A stretch of DNA of 64,000 nt from NCBI RefSeq assembly GCF_964188315.1, contig NC_135667.1, positions 25,916,001 through 25,980,000 of the forward strand. Direction: 5' to 3'. Each line of letters begins with the position of its first letter. Position 1 is the stretch's first letter. Shown piece after piece: positions 1 to 9,927 of this stretch. A model generated the notes under the pieces. That model saw nothing but the letters and a program-made list of their open reading frames with translations, searched no databases and was not told the origin of the DNA. The stretch is from Podarcis muralis. Lineage: Eukaryota. Position numbers and translations under genes: made by a program.

Positions 1-2292
1 GTCCGCGACCTCCCCTCTCATTCCAGGCCACCAGAAATCCCTGGCGACTAATTCCACCGTCTTCTCCTTGCCGAAGTGCCCTGCAGTGGGCGCGTCGTGC
101 AGCTGCTGCAGCACCTTGGCGCGAAGTTCGTCTCCCGGCACGTAGATGGCCCCTTTACGGATGAGCAATCCATCTCTTAGCTGGAAACCGTCGGCCGCTG
201 CCTTGCCCCTTTGCACCTCTGCCATCTTTGCTTGCGCGAAGGAGTCCCCCTGCAACGCTCGTCGCACCGCCTCCAGATCCACGGTTGCCGCGGCGCACGC
301 CCACACTGTTGGTGCGAAGATGTGCATGGCGGCCGCTGGCGTTGCGTCCTCCAGATACTGTGGCTTGCGAGAGAGAGCGTCCGCCATGATGTTGGTGTCC
401 CCCGGGACATACTCTATTCGGAAGTCGAAGTTCGCAAAGAACTCAGCCCAACGTATCTGCCTTTGGTTCAGGAACTGTGCCGTGCGCCAGTGCTCTAGGT
501 TCTTGTGGTCCGTGCAAACCTGCACCGTGTGCTTGGCGCCGATCAGAAAGTGCCTCCACGCCTTGAACGCTGCATGAATGGCCAGCAACTCCCTGTCCCA
601 TATGGTGTAGTTCTGCTCGGACTTGCTGAGCTTCCTGGAGTAAAACGCTCCCGGTCGCCACACCCCCTGCGGGTCTTTCTGCAGCAGGACCGCCCCCACG
701 GCTCTGTCCGAGGCGTCTGTCTCCACCCTCATCGGCTTGCTGGGGTTGACATGAAGCAGCTGCTCTTCCGACGCGAAGAGACGCTTGAGTGCCTGAAAGG
801 ACTGTTCCGCCTGCTCTGTCCAAATAAACTTCTTTTTCTTGGAGCTAAGCGTGTCAGTGATGGCCGCCGTCTGCATAGCGAAGCCCTTGATAAACTTGCG
901 ATAGAAGTTCGCAAAGCCGACAAACCGTTGGACCTCCTTCCGGTTGCGCGGGCTCTTCCAATCCAACACCGCTCGAACCTTGGCGCTGTCCATGGCGAGC
1001 CCCTTGTCAGACAGCTTGTAGCCCAGAAAACCCACCTCCGTCACGTCAAATTGGCACTTCTCCAGCTTGGCGTAGAGCCTATGTTGCTTTAGCCTGTTCA
1101 GCACTTCCTTGACGTGTTTGTCATGCTCCTGTTGCGACTCCGAAAAGATCAGGATGTCATCTAAGAAACAGACGCATGTCTTGTAGAGAAGTCCCGCCAA
1201 CACGTGATGCATGAATGCTTGAAAAACGTGGGAGCCATTTTGCAATCCAAAAGGCATAACTCTATATTCGTAGGTCCCCAGTGGCGTGAACATGGCTGTT
1301 TTCCACTCATCTCCCTCCCGCATGCGAATGAGGTTGTACGCCCCTCGCAGGTCCAACTTGGTGAACACTCTGCCCTTCCGCACCTTTGCGAGGAGGTCGT
1401 CAATTCGGGGCATGGGGAAGTCCGACGGCTTAGTCACACTGTTCAAGATCCTGTAATCCACTACGAGTCTCTTTTGGGGCGTATCCCGCTTCTTAACGAA
1501 GAACACCGGGCTGCCTCCCGCCGCCTCGGACTCTCGGATGAAACCGCGCTCCAAATTATGATCTATGAACTCTTTGAGTTCTTGCAGTTCGTCCTCTGAC
1601 ATGGAATACAGTCTCCCCTTAGGCAGCGCCGCCCCTGGCAGCAGGTCAATCTTGCAGTCATATGGCCTGTGAGGGGGTAGCCTGTCTGCCTCCTTCTCGC
1701 AGAAAACTTCCAAAAATTCTGCGTACTTGTGGGGAATCGCTTGCAGCGTGCCTAGCAGCAGCTGTGACTCTTCTTCCTCTCCTTCCTGCCTGGGCACGAT
1801 GCAGTGTTCAGCACAAAAGGAAGAGCCGAAGGTCAGCTGCCTCTGGTACCAAGCCAGCGTTGGGCTGTGCTTGTCCAGCCAACTCATGCCCAACACAATG
1901 GGCGTGTCCGACAATTGAGTGACGTTGAAGCTGATGACTTCTTTGTGATTCCCAAGTCGCATCACCATTGGTGGCGTCTGCTGCACCACTTGCCCCCCTA
2001 GCAGCTCCCTGCCATCCACCGTGACAACCTGCAGGGGCAGTGTGGCCGGCAGCAACTGTATAGCATGCTTGTTGACAAAGTCCTGCCCTATAAAGTCCGC
2101 ATTGCTGCCTGAGTCAATGGTGATTGGCACGTCCAAGGTGATGCCATTGGGCAGCTGGAGCGATGCGGTGAGCCTCACCACTGGTTTGGGCGGGAGGGGG
2201 TTCACGGGCTGTAAAATCTCTGGGGACTGCATCATTAATACGTCTGGCTGGGCCCCAGTGCCTCTTCCTCCAGCCAGACTGCATCGTTTCCC
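1..2292 (-). CDS. pol: Gypsy Pol (protease, reverse transcriptase, RNase H, start of integrase), expressed by -1 frameshift from gag; partial, open at the window edge
   Basis: Manual minus-strand translation found no stop from 2292 to 1. Motifs: IDSG (2107-2118), LPPHRPYD, RLVVDYR, KLDLRGAY, VMPFGL, FLDD (1156-1167), ETDASD, ELLAI, TDHKNL, ADALSRK and LHDAPTAGHFG (first half of the HHCC finger). Absent from the ORF track, probably because it has no stop inside the window. Confidence 0.93.
2220..2292 (-). promoter_or_regulatory. -1 programmed ribosomal frameshift signal: G GGA AAC slippery site + pseudoknot
   Basis: GGGAAAC (2292-2286) lies in the gag frame. A 6-nt spacer is followed by stem 1 GTCTGGCTGG/CCAGCCAGAC (10 bp) and stem 2 CTGGGG/CCCCAG. 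The pol frame is -1 relative to gag. Confidence 0.88.
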
Positions 2293-3308
2293 TGCTGTGG
2301 TTCTCCTTGCTGCGTTGCTGCAGTCGCCATTGCTGAGGCTGCAGTGAGCTTGCGGAGCCTCTGGGGACACTCTTTCGCCATATGCCCTGGCTCCTCACAG
2401 ACGTAACACTTCCTGTTCCCTCTAGGAGGCTTCGCTTTCACTGCTGCTGGTGCTAGGGCTCTGGTTGCTGACTGAGCCCTGGCACCTCCAACCTCCATCG
2501 GTTCAGCTCCTCCTCCTGGCGGAGGCGTGGATTGCGTACGTGCTGCTTCTCTGGGAAAGAAGGAGGAGCCCCTGGCTGGTTCGCGCCCTCCACGCCCTTC
2601 GTCCCTGCTCCACGGACGTCCTTCCAGCCGTACCCCCACTGCCAGCGCCCTCTGCACGACCTCCTGGGTGGTCCGGGGTCTCTCCCCCCTCGCAATTTCA
2701 TCTTTCACAGAGCTGTTTAATCCCTCCCAGAACAGGTCTCTTACAGGAGTCGCATCTCTGTCCCATTCTAGGGCACTGGCCAAGGCGAAAAAGCGGGCAT
2801 GGTACTGCCGTACGCTGGCCCTTCCCTGCTTCAGTCCATGAATCTGTTGCCGAGCAAGATCCACGTCAATGCTTGATAAAAAACACCCATCCATCGCTTT
2901 AATAAAGGCATTCGCATTTTGGAGCGCCGGATCGTTATCCCTCCACAAATTGCGCAGCCATGCCCTGGCATCCCCATGCAAATAGGACATGATGAATCCC
3001 ACTTTCTCCTGCTCATCTCTAAAATCTTTATTCAGCAGTTGCAGTGCACACAGCACGTCTGCTCTAAAATTGGGATACTGTTGCAGGTTCCCATCGAAGT
3101 GAGAGACCAGACCGCCTGTGCGTCTCCCCAAACCAATCCCCTCTGGTTTGGGTGTCTGTTGCCCTTGCTTCGTAAGCACTTCCAACCTGACCTGGAGATC
3201 CCTGTAGGCGGCAGCTGCGTCCTCCTCTCTCTTCCTGGATGCGAGAGCCTCGGCATTCAGCTGTGACACTGCTTCTCTGAGTTCCGCTATTTGCTGTTCA
3301 GCCATCAT
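2235..3308 (-). CDS. gag: Gypsy Gag (N-terminal coiled coil, capsid-like domain, CCHC zinc knuckle), 357 aa
   Basis: FDG...F...KVGFIMSYLHGDARAW capsid motif; LFWEGLNSSVKDEI; EPMEVG motif; CYVCEEPGHMAKEC knuckle. Starts about 80 nt after the PBS. Confidence 0.93.
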   Translation of the reverse strand: MMAEQQIAELREAVSQLNAEALASRKREEDAAAAYRDLQVRLEVLTKQGQQTPKPEGIGLGRRTGGLVSHFDGNLQQYPNFRADVLCALQLLNKDFRDEQEKVGFIMSYLHGDARAWLRNLWRDNDPALQNANAFIKAMDGCFLSSIDVDLARQQIHGLKQGRASVRQYHARFFALASALEWDRDATPVRDLFWEGLNSSVKDEIARGERPRTTQEVVQRALAVGVRLEGRPWSRDEGRGGREPARGSSFFPREAARTQSTPPPGGGAEPMEVGGARAQSATRALAPAAVKAKPPRGNRKCYVCEEPGHMAKECPQRLRKLTAASAMATAATQQGEPQQGNDAVWLEEEALGPSQTY

Positions 3309-3387
3309 GTCGGCTGCCGTTCGTGAGCTCGCTGGTAGGCACCTGCTTCTCTCCTCTCCTCGAGGCTGTATATGCCCACAATTCTTG

Positions 3388-3399
3388 CAGACGGAGCTT
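3388..3399 (-). promoter_or_regulatory. Primer-binding site, self-priming type
   Basis: AAGCTCCGTCTG lies 2 nt inside the LTR boundary and is the exact reverse complement of 3549-3538 (CAGACGGAGCTT) at the predicted TSS. It does not begin with the TGG expected for pairing with a tRNA CCA end. Confidence 0.85.
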
Positions 3400-3401
3400 A
3401 C

Positions 3402-4157
3402 TGTCAGAGTTGCTTCAAGATCCTAGCTCACAGAGGATCACGCTAGCCAACGGTCATTAAGTAAAAGTCTTTATTGAGTTACAGTTTCCATTCTCAAGCT
3501 GTTGCGTGCAACTCTACGTCTAGTAGCTAGATCGGCGAAGCTCCGTCTGAATCTCCGCCCCTTGTACACCAACTTAATATCCTAGCCCTGCTCCACCTTT
3601 TCCGCCTGACTGTTCTTCTCTGGGTCCCTCTGCCCCCCTGGGTCTCTTCCTTCCGGGATTCTTCTGACGCTGACCCCCCGGACCCTCCTGTCTCCTTGCG
3701 CCGGGCTTTAGGACCTGGCTCTCTTTCCGGGCTGCCTACTGCGCCGCCTTCCTGTGCATTTGAACTTGGCGCGCGCGCCCAACCTTCCACCTTCCGTCTA
3801 ACCGTCTCTTCGCTCCCAGATGGAGGTGTGGCCACCCCTGACTCGTGCCCTCCCTCCTGTTGTGAGCTGCCAGCGCTTGCCCCCTGGCTCCCTTCCTCTT
3901 CCCTGTTCTCTGGCGGTGACGCTGGTCCCGATCTCCAACTGCTCTCCTCTGAGTCCCCTCTGGCTCTATCTTCCTGGGGTGCCCCCCTAAACTCCCCCCT
4001 TGCCTTGGCCACTGGTGCTCCTTTCTGTGAATCCTCCGATTCACTGGAAAGACTCGGAGATCTCGGGTCGTCGTCATCACTCATCTTTTCTTCTGCCTCC
4101 TCCCCTTCGCTCTCTGTTTCCTCCCTTGCCCTTGCCTCTGCTCCTGAACCCCTGACA
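3402..4157 (-). repeat. 5' LTR of the Gypsy element (756 bp)
   Basis: TGTCAG...CTGACA terminal inverted repeats. On the minus strand: TATTAAG (3579-3573), predicted TSS about 3549, AATAAA (3475-3470) and a purine-rich U3. Confidence 0.88.
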
Positions 4158-4988
4158 AATACTAATAACTTTTTTCAAAAAAAAAAGTGTCCCTGGATTC
4201 TTTGAAAAAAAATCTGGTAACCTTACTATAGTTTCTACAATTTTTGGGGTGAATAATGTGTATCAAATGTGTGCTGAACATGCTTTAGGTGTATAATATG
4301 GATCTTCCATAAATTTCACTATCTTTCATTTTCTTTGTTCCTTTGCATGCAACTGGGGCAATGAGTTTCCCATGTTTGCAGCTGTCCCATTGTGCTGTAA
4401 CTTTAACTGCAGTTTGATGTTGAGCAACTTTGCAGCTAATAATGTTTAACTCAATGTCTTTTTTCTTGGGGGAAAAGTGACATCAAACTTCCCATAATGA
4501 CACAGCTACAGGGGCCAGTTAAAGTTGCCAGTCTGAACCAACAAGAACAAATCTTTTTGTAGTTTATGCAACACTTGTTGTTTTTGTTATTTTCTACACA
4601 TTTAACAAATGGAAGAAAGGGGGAACAAAAAGAAACATGGGACACATCTGAAGAAGCCAGTTTGGTTGTTTGTGAGCACTCTGGTGAGTTGAGTCTTTTA
4701 AAGGATGTGCATATGAAATGGAAGGAGGGGCATATAACCACAGACCAATGCAATAGATAGCCCAAGCCTGTAAGTGTGATGTAAGGCAGGTTTACAAAGG
4801 TTGCTAAAACAATGACAAAGCAATGCAAAGTTGTTCCTTGTTTATGTTCAGAGCAAGAAAAAGAAGTGAGGGATACATTTATTGCTTGGACAAGACAGTG
4901 AAGTGTTAACAGGTGATGGAGAGAAGGTGCAACCACTAATTTTTTTTTGCTTTGCACTTCTCCCACAGCGGGAATGGTGTTCTACCTG

Positions 4989-4991
<3 letters not shown>

Positions 4992-5032
<41 letters not shown>
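4992..5032. repeat. (GA)n microsatellite
   Basis: Direct reading. Confidence 0.95.
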
Positions 5033-5035
<3 letters not shown>

Positions 5036-5634
5036 TAGAAGTGACTCTAACAAACTCATTTCATACAAAATGTGATCTGATTATTCAATATGTCACTAAC
5101 TGTGTTTCTCTAATTCAGGGGCGGCCAATGCAGTACCCTCCAGAAGATGCTATTACTCACTCAATTCCTGAACAAACTGGCTAGAGCTAGTGGCAGTTGG
5201 AATCCAACAACATCTTGAGGGCACCACTTTGACTATCCCTGCTCTAATGAAAATTCATCACTCTTTTGGGAATGACAGAGTGAGATAAATATCGCATCAG
5301 ATTTATTCCATCCGGCATTCAGCACTCTACTTAAAATCACGAAGATGGAAGAAATGATGGAGATTATTTAATCCAACACTCTGGACTTCTGCTGAAATAC
5401 TAGATACTTTGAAAATAATCTTCATGCCTTTCTATCTCATATTGTTTTCCTTAATATTAATTTAAAAACTGACCAGGGAAAGAAGCCTTGTCAAATTGCC
5501 TTCCTGGCTTCAGTCCCAACACCACAATCAATTGTCTTTCAATTCATTCATCACTACAGTACATTCTCTTCTAATTCCATTCTAGAACCACTGGCCTATT
5601 TCCCCCCATTTTTATTTTTTTTATTTGCACAGAG

Positions 5635-6573
5635 ATGGGGAACCAGACAGAGGTCTACGAGTTCATTCTCTTGGGTATAGCAAATGACCACAGACAGCAA
5701 CACATGCTTTTCACAGTCTTCCTGCTGCTCTATGCGGCCTGCTTGCTAGGAAATGGGGCCATTTTGGCAGTAGTCCTGGTTGAGCAACGGCTTCACACCC
5801 CCATGTATTTTTTCCTTGGAAATCTCTCTTGCCTGGATATATGTTGCTCCACAGTTACTGTACCCAAAATGCTGAATGGCTTCCTAAAGAGGCACAACAC
5901 TATCTCCTTTATTGGTTGCTTGACTCAACTGCACTTCTTCCACTTCTTGGGCAGCAGTGAAGGCATGCTTCTGGGAGTCATGGCATATGACCGCTATGTG
6001 GCCATATGCAACCCTCTGCGTTACACCATCATCATGAATAAATGGGCTTGCCTTGCGCTAGCTGTGGCTACCTGGGCCGCAGGCTTCTTTCATGCCCTAA
6101 TGCACACAGTAGTCACTTCCCGGCTGTGGTTCTGTGGCCCCAATCTTATCCAGCACTTTTTCTGTGACATCAAGCCCCTGCTAGAATTGGCTTGCAGTAG
6201 CACGACCCTCAACATGACCCTCCTCAACGTTGTCACAAGTTGCATTGCTCTAGGTTCCTTCTTTCTCACTCTCCTTTCTTATCTCTATATCATCTCCTTC
6301 CTCTTCTTCAAAGTCCAGTCATGGCAGAGCCGTTGGAAGGCCTTCTCAACCTGTGCTTCTCACCTAACGGTGGTAGCACTTTTGTATGTTCCAGTTATTT
6401 TCAACTACATGCTTGCCTCTACTGGTGAATCTTCTGAAAGGGAAATGAGCATCACTCTGTTGTACAGTGTGGTCACACCTGTTTTAAACCCCTTGATCTA
6501 CACTTTGAGGAATCAAGAGGTAAAATCTGCTCTGAGGAAAATATTATGCAGAAAAATTATATTTCAAACATAG
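5635..6573 (+). CDS. Olfactory receptor, class II, OR12D-like, intact (312 aa)
   Basis: NQT glycosylation site, [51 protein letters not shown] polypyrimidine tract and CAG acceptor lie just upstream of the ATG. Confidence 0.95.
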   Translation: MGNQTEVYEFILLGIANDHRQQHMLFTVFLLLYAACLLGNGAILAVVLVEQRLHTPMYFFLGNLSCLDICCSTVTVPKMLNGFLKRHNTISFIGCLTQLHFFHFLGSSEGMLLGVMAYDRYVAICNPLRYTIIMNKWACLALAVATWAAGFFHALMHTVVTSRLWFCGPNLIQHFFCDIKPLLELACSSTTLNMTLLNVVTSCIALGSFFLTLLSYLYIISFLFFKVQSWQSRWKAFSTCASHLTVVALLYVPVIFNYMLASTGESSEREMSITLLYSVVTPVLNPLIYTLRNQEVKSALRKILCRKIIFQT

Positions 6574-6859
6574 GAAGCTGGCTTATACAGAATTGGATCA
6601 TTGATCTATTTGACTAACTGATTATGGCTCTCCGGGGTGTAAGACAGGGTCCTCTCCTAGTCCTACCTGGAGATGCTGAGGAATAAATCAGAGATGGTAG
6701 CCTGGGCCATACTTTCGAACTTTGAGTCATGCCATGTAACTTACCCACAAAACAGTTTCTAATGAACTGTTAGAAAGGAGGCAATGCTGTGGTGTCCCCA
6801 AACAGGTTTGCACAAATCAGAGATCTTGTTTAGACACCTGTCAGCTGCAGGGAATAATG

Positions 6860-7285
6860 CCTGGAGGCTTAAAGGCCTGGTTGAAAATATGATTGGTTTG
6901 ATGACAAGCCAAAAGTGCTTGGCTCATGTGGCAGTTTAGGCATTTGCTTGGCCTTAGTCTTGGTGGAGGGCAGGCTGTAATCCTCTGCTTGTTCCACCAA
7001 AGGAAAGAGGTATCCCATTAAAGGGATCCAGGAGGATGCCTAGGAGGGGGCTATGGTCACTGCACCCCTTAAGGTGGTTCTCTTGTGGGGGTGACCCATT
7101 TTGATGTATGTTATGGGTCCTCCTGGTCTCAGGGGCAAACCCCTTTGGAAATACTTCCAGCAGCCAGGCTGGATGTTAATGGTTATCCCCAATGCTATGC
7201 CAAACCTATTACATTTGCAATGAATGAAAGTTGTGGACCTTTTTGACCCCAAAATGTAAATGTTGTGTCTTGACTGGTTCTTTTC
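6860..7285 (+). repeat. Partial copy of an unclassified LTR-like interspersed repeat family
   Basis: Shares GGTATCCCATTAAAGGGATCCAGG and the ...AAAGTTGTGG...TGTGTC 3' segment with 27480-28075. Confidence 0.45.
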
Positions 7286-7489
7286 CTAAATCAGGAAACA
7301 TTGCATGTGGTGGGGCCTGAACACACAACTTCTAAAGAGAGGAGAGAATGGTGTTAAGATGGACTATCTACTAAAAAATGTGAGCCTTTTAAAAAATTGT
7401 GGGAAGAGCAAACATTGATGATGTTAAAAATAATCTTGGTCATTAAAAACAACATAGCAGAATATATGGATTGCATAATTTTTGTACTC

Positions 7490-7830
7490 TCAAAAGCACA
7501 CTTTGTATTCTCGAAAGCACAAATTGTTTATTTTCTCAAAATAAAGAGCATTGTGGACTCAATTCCCACATGAGCAATCAAGAGGCACTAAATTAATGAA
7601 CGTAGCTGATTTGCCCAATAATAAGATTTGCCCAACGGCGGCCAATAATCTTAACAAGCTGGGCACATGTTGCATACTAAAATTGTGTGGGCTCACACAG
7701 CAATCAGAGTGTTGTTGTTGTTGCTTTGTCTCCTTTAAATACTTCCTTCATACCACTTAAAGCAGTCTCAAGTTCAATGGACAAGCGGACATACCAAAGT
7801 AGGTGCTGTCTGCAGCTTGAATGAATGCAC
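7490..7830 (+). promoter_or_regulatory. Putative promoter / first exon of the OR at 9928, ending in a predicted donor AAA|GTAGGT (GT 7799-7800)
   Basis: The block is conserved at about 12780-13130 and 18510-18840, each roughly 2.0-2.4 kb upstream of a paralogous OR. It contains a homeodomain-type TAATGA (7584-7589) and a conserved donor-like motif. Confidence 0.55.
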
Positions 7831-8464
7831 TATATAGCTATCCGTTAATCAAGAAATGTATGCTCATCCCATTCTTTACTCCAAGGATGAAAGTATACAT
7901 GTTTGTGCTGACAGTCTGCATTTGTGGAAATCTACAGCTGATAAACCTGACTAAAGCACACAATAGAAAAATGGAATTTTAATTATGATAACATAGAGCA
8001 AAGGGTTTTATCCAGGTTACTCATTTCAGGAAATTATACTTTGTAGTCATTTTAGGTTCCATATAAGTTGCATTAATTCTTTTTGCGAATCTATTTTCAA
8101 GGAGGAAGTGCCCTTCCATTGCATGCCTGCCGTTTTCCTAAGGTTCTGTTACATATGTAGGGTGACTGGGAAATTAGTAGTTACCGTATATTTTAGACAT
8201 TAGTTAAAGTATTTCTGTATGTATTTCTAAAGTCTTTAAAAGTTGTTACACACCTTTGTTCTGGGTCTTCCTTGCAAGGAGGGAGAGAACTCTGTTGCAA
8301 CAGAAAATAAAAATCTTCATTGCTTTCCAACCCCACTGAGGCACAGAGACACATGAGGGAGCCAACAAAGGCAAAGCAAAACTGCTATGTAGTGGGGCGG
8401 GATGTGTGTGACTGGGCAGCCCAGGCTTATTGCTTGGAGGCTCAGAGCTTCAATGGCTCTAGAG

Positions 8465-8668
8465 CCATGGTTCTCAACATGGGGCACATGCCCCACAAGG
8501 GGGGAATTTGATTTTTAAGGGTGGCAATTTGAGAATGAATTAGACCAAGTTTAATAGGAGTTCACTTTTTGAATAATAAGAATTATATGTCACCGGGGTG
8601 GGGGGGTGGGGATCAGGATTTTAGAGAGGCTTAGGTGGGTCATGACCAAAAAAAGTTGGGAACCACTG
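8465..8668. mobile_element. hAT-type MITE
   Basis: Terminal CCATGGTTCTCAAC / GTTGGGAACCACTG; 8-bp TSD CTCTAGAG/CTATAGAG. Confidence 0.75.
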
Positions 8669-9115
8669 CTATAGAGGCTTCACCCAGGACAAAATTCCTG
8701 GCTAAACCCCCTTCATTTCACCACTGCTGTAGTTATTTATGGAATCAGATACTAAAATGTTAGTGTCTTATAGAATCAAAGAGTTGGAAGAGACTCTGAG
8801 GATCATCTAATTTAATCCCTGCAATGCTATTCCTGTGTGATGGATAATGAAATATTCATATATCAGTGTCTGTTTCTGTGGGTAACAGGAACAAGGACAA
8901 AACAATGCTTTTGTTGGATTAGGAAGTCTTTAATACTGAAACTGAGTTATAATCAATGTCTGGAGTTAATTTACCAGTATTAATGTTGCTAGAGACAGAA
9001 TACCTTCTGCTGTGATTCAGATGTGCTTTTTAAGCAGAGACTCATTGAGAATTTTGCAGCAAAGACCACCATGTATAACATACAGTTAATACCTTACTTG
9101 AGCTGCAAAAGAGAC

Positions 9116-9117
<2 letters not shown>

Positions 9118-9169
<52 letters not shown>

Positions 9170-9262
9170 GCCACCCATCTGACTGGGTTGCCCCAGTCAC
9201 TCAGGGCGGGTTCCAACAAAATATTAAAAACACAATAAAACATTAAACATTATAAACTTCCC
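9118..9262 (-). mobile_element. LINE (L2-like) 3' end with (AAT)n tail
   Basis: (TAT)n followed by GCCACCCATCTGACTGGGTTGCCCCAGTCACTCAGGGCGG; the same sequence occurs at 17810-17898 and 38817-38966. Confidence 0.65.
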
Positions 9263-9927
9263 TATACATTAGAGCACTCTGCAAACATTTTGCATTACTG
9301 TAATTACCATGTAGAAGTTCTAGATGTTATTTACACAAACTCAAAAATGTATTGTTAATGCAAGTTAATGATGTTTTGGATAGTTGTACTTCATTATTCT
9401 TTAGAAAGCTTACAACATTTTTCATTAACAGCTTCCTGCTGGTTTTCTCTCATACAGAGTCTGGCTAGATTCTATTTTTAAGAGACTTAACCATTTGGGC
9501 TATGGTTTTCATCCACTGTTTTCCTCCACCCCATTTTCTGGGAATTGTAGGTGGAAAAAGTGGAACTGCACTGAGGTTCTGCTTGTGAACTGGAAATAGA
9601 CATCTGGCCAACCACTGTGAGAACAGGATGCTGGGACAAATGTTCTAGTGAGTAAAGGCTCAGGAAGAGTGACCCATGAGCTTCTCTGCACATTTAAAAA
9701 GTCTGTAGATTTTACAACTCATTCATCCGTATGATATGACTAGGAATCTCAAAAGTAATGAAAATGGTTGAAGGAAAAGAAAATCACTTCTCTATATAGG
9801 AAGTTGGTTTAGAATTAGACTGAGTTTTATCTGCTTATGTCTGTATGGATTTCTGATATGGGTGATGGACTTGAATAATACTCTACAGTGATCTCACCTA
9901 CCTTTCTTCCTCCCTGCTGTCTTTTAG

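Larger units (their letters stand above)
1..4157 (-). mobile_element. Ty3/Gypsy LTR retrotransposon (Tf1/sushi, chromovirus-like group); 5' LTR + gag + pol, 3' part outside the window
   Basis: LTR 3402-4157, PBS 3388-3399, gag with CCHC knuckle, and pol in the order PR-RT-RH-IN (Gypsy order). CpG-rich compared with the flanks. Right flank AATAC (4158-4162) is the expected TSD half. Confidence 0.95.

Noticed and set aside
146-2347. Several plus-strand ORFs of 100-195 aa (e.g. 505-1092, 1204-1599)
   Set aside because: Antisense shadows of the GC-rich Gypsy pol; no recognisable motifs.
3696-4205. 169-aa plus-strand Ser/Pro-rich ORF
   Set aside because: Antisense of the purine-rich U3, runs across the LTR boundary into flanking DNA; compositional artefact.
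9023-9238. Poly-Tyr, poly-Ile, poly-Leu, poly-His and ER/HT/CV repeat ORFs across the window
   Set aside because: Translations of microsatellites.
9888-9927. N-terminal extensions of OR ORFs from GTG/TTG/upstream starts (also 15134, 20780, 45021, 61461)
   Set aside because: They run through polypyrimidine tracts and acceptor sites, so they are most likely intron sequence picked up by a prokaryote-style ORF caller.
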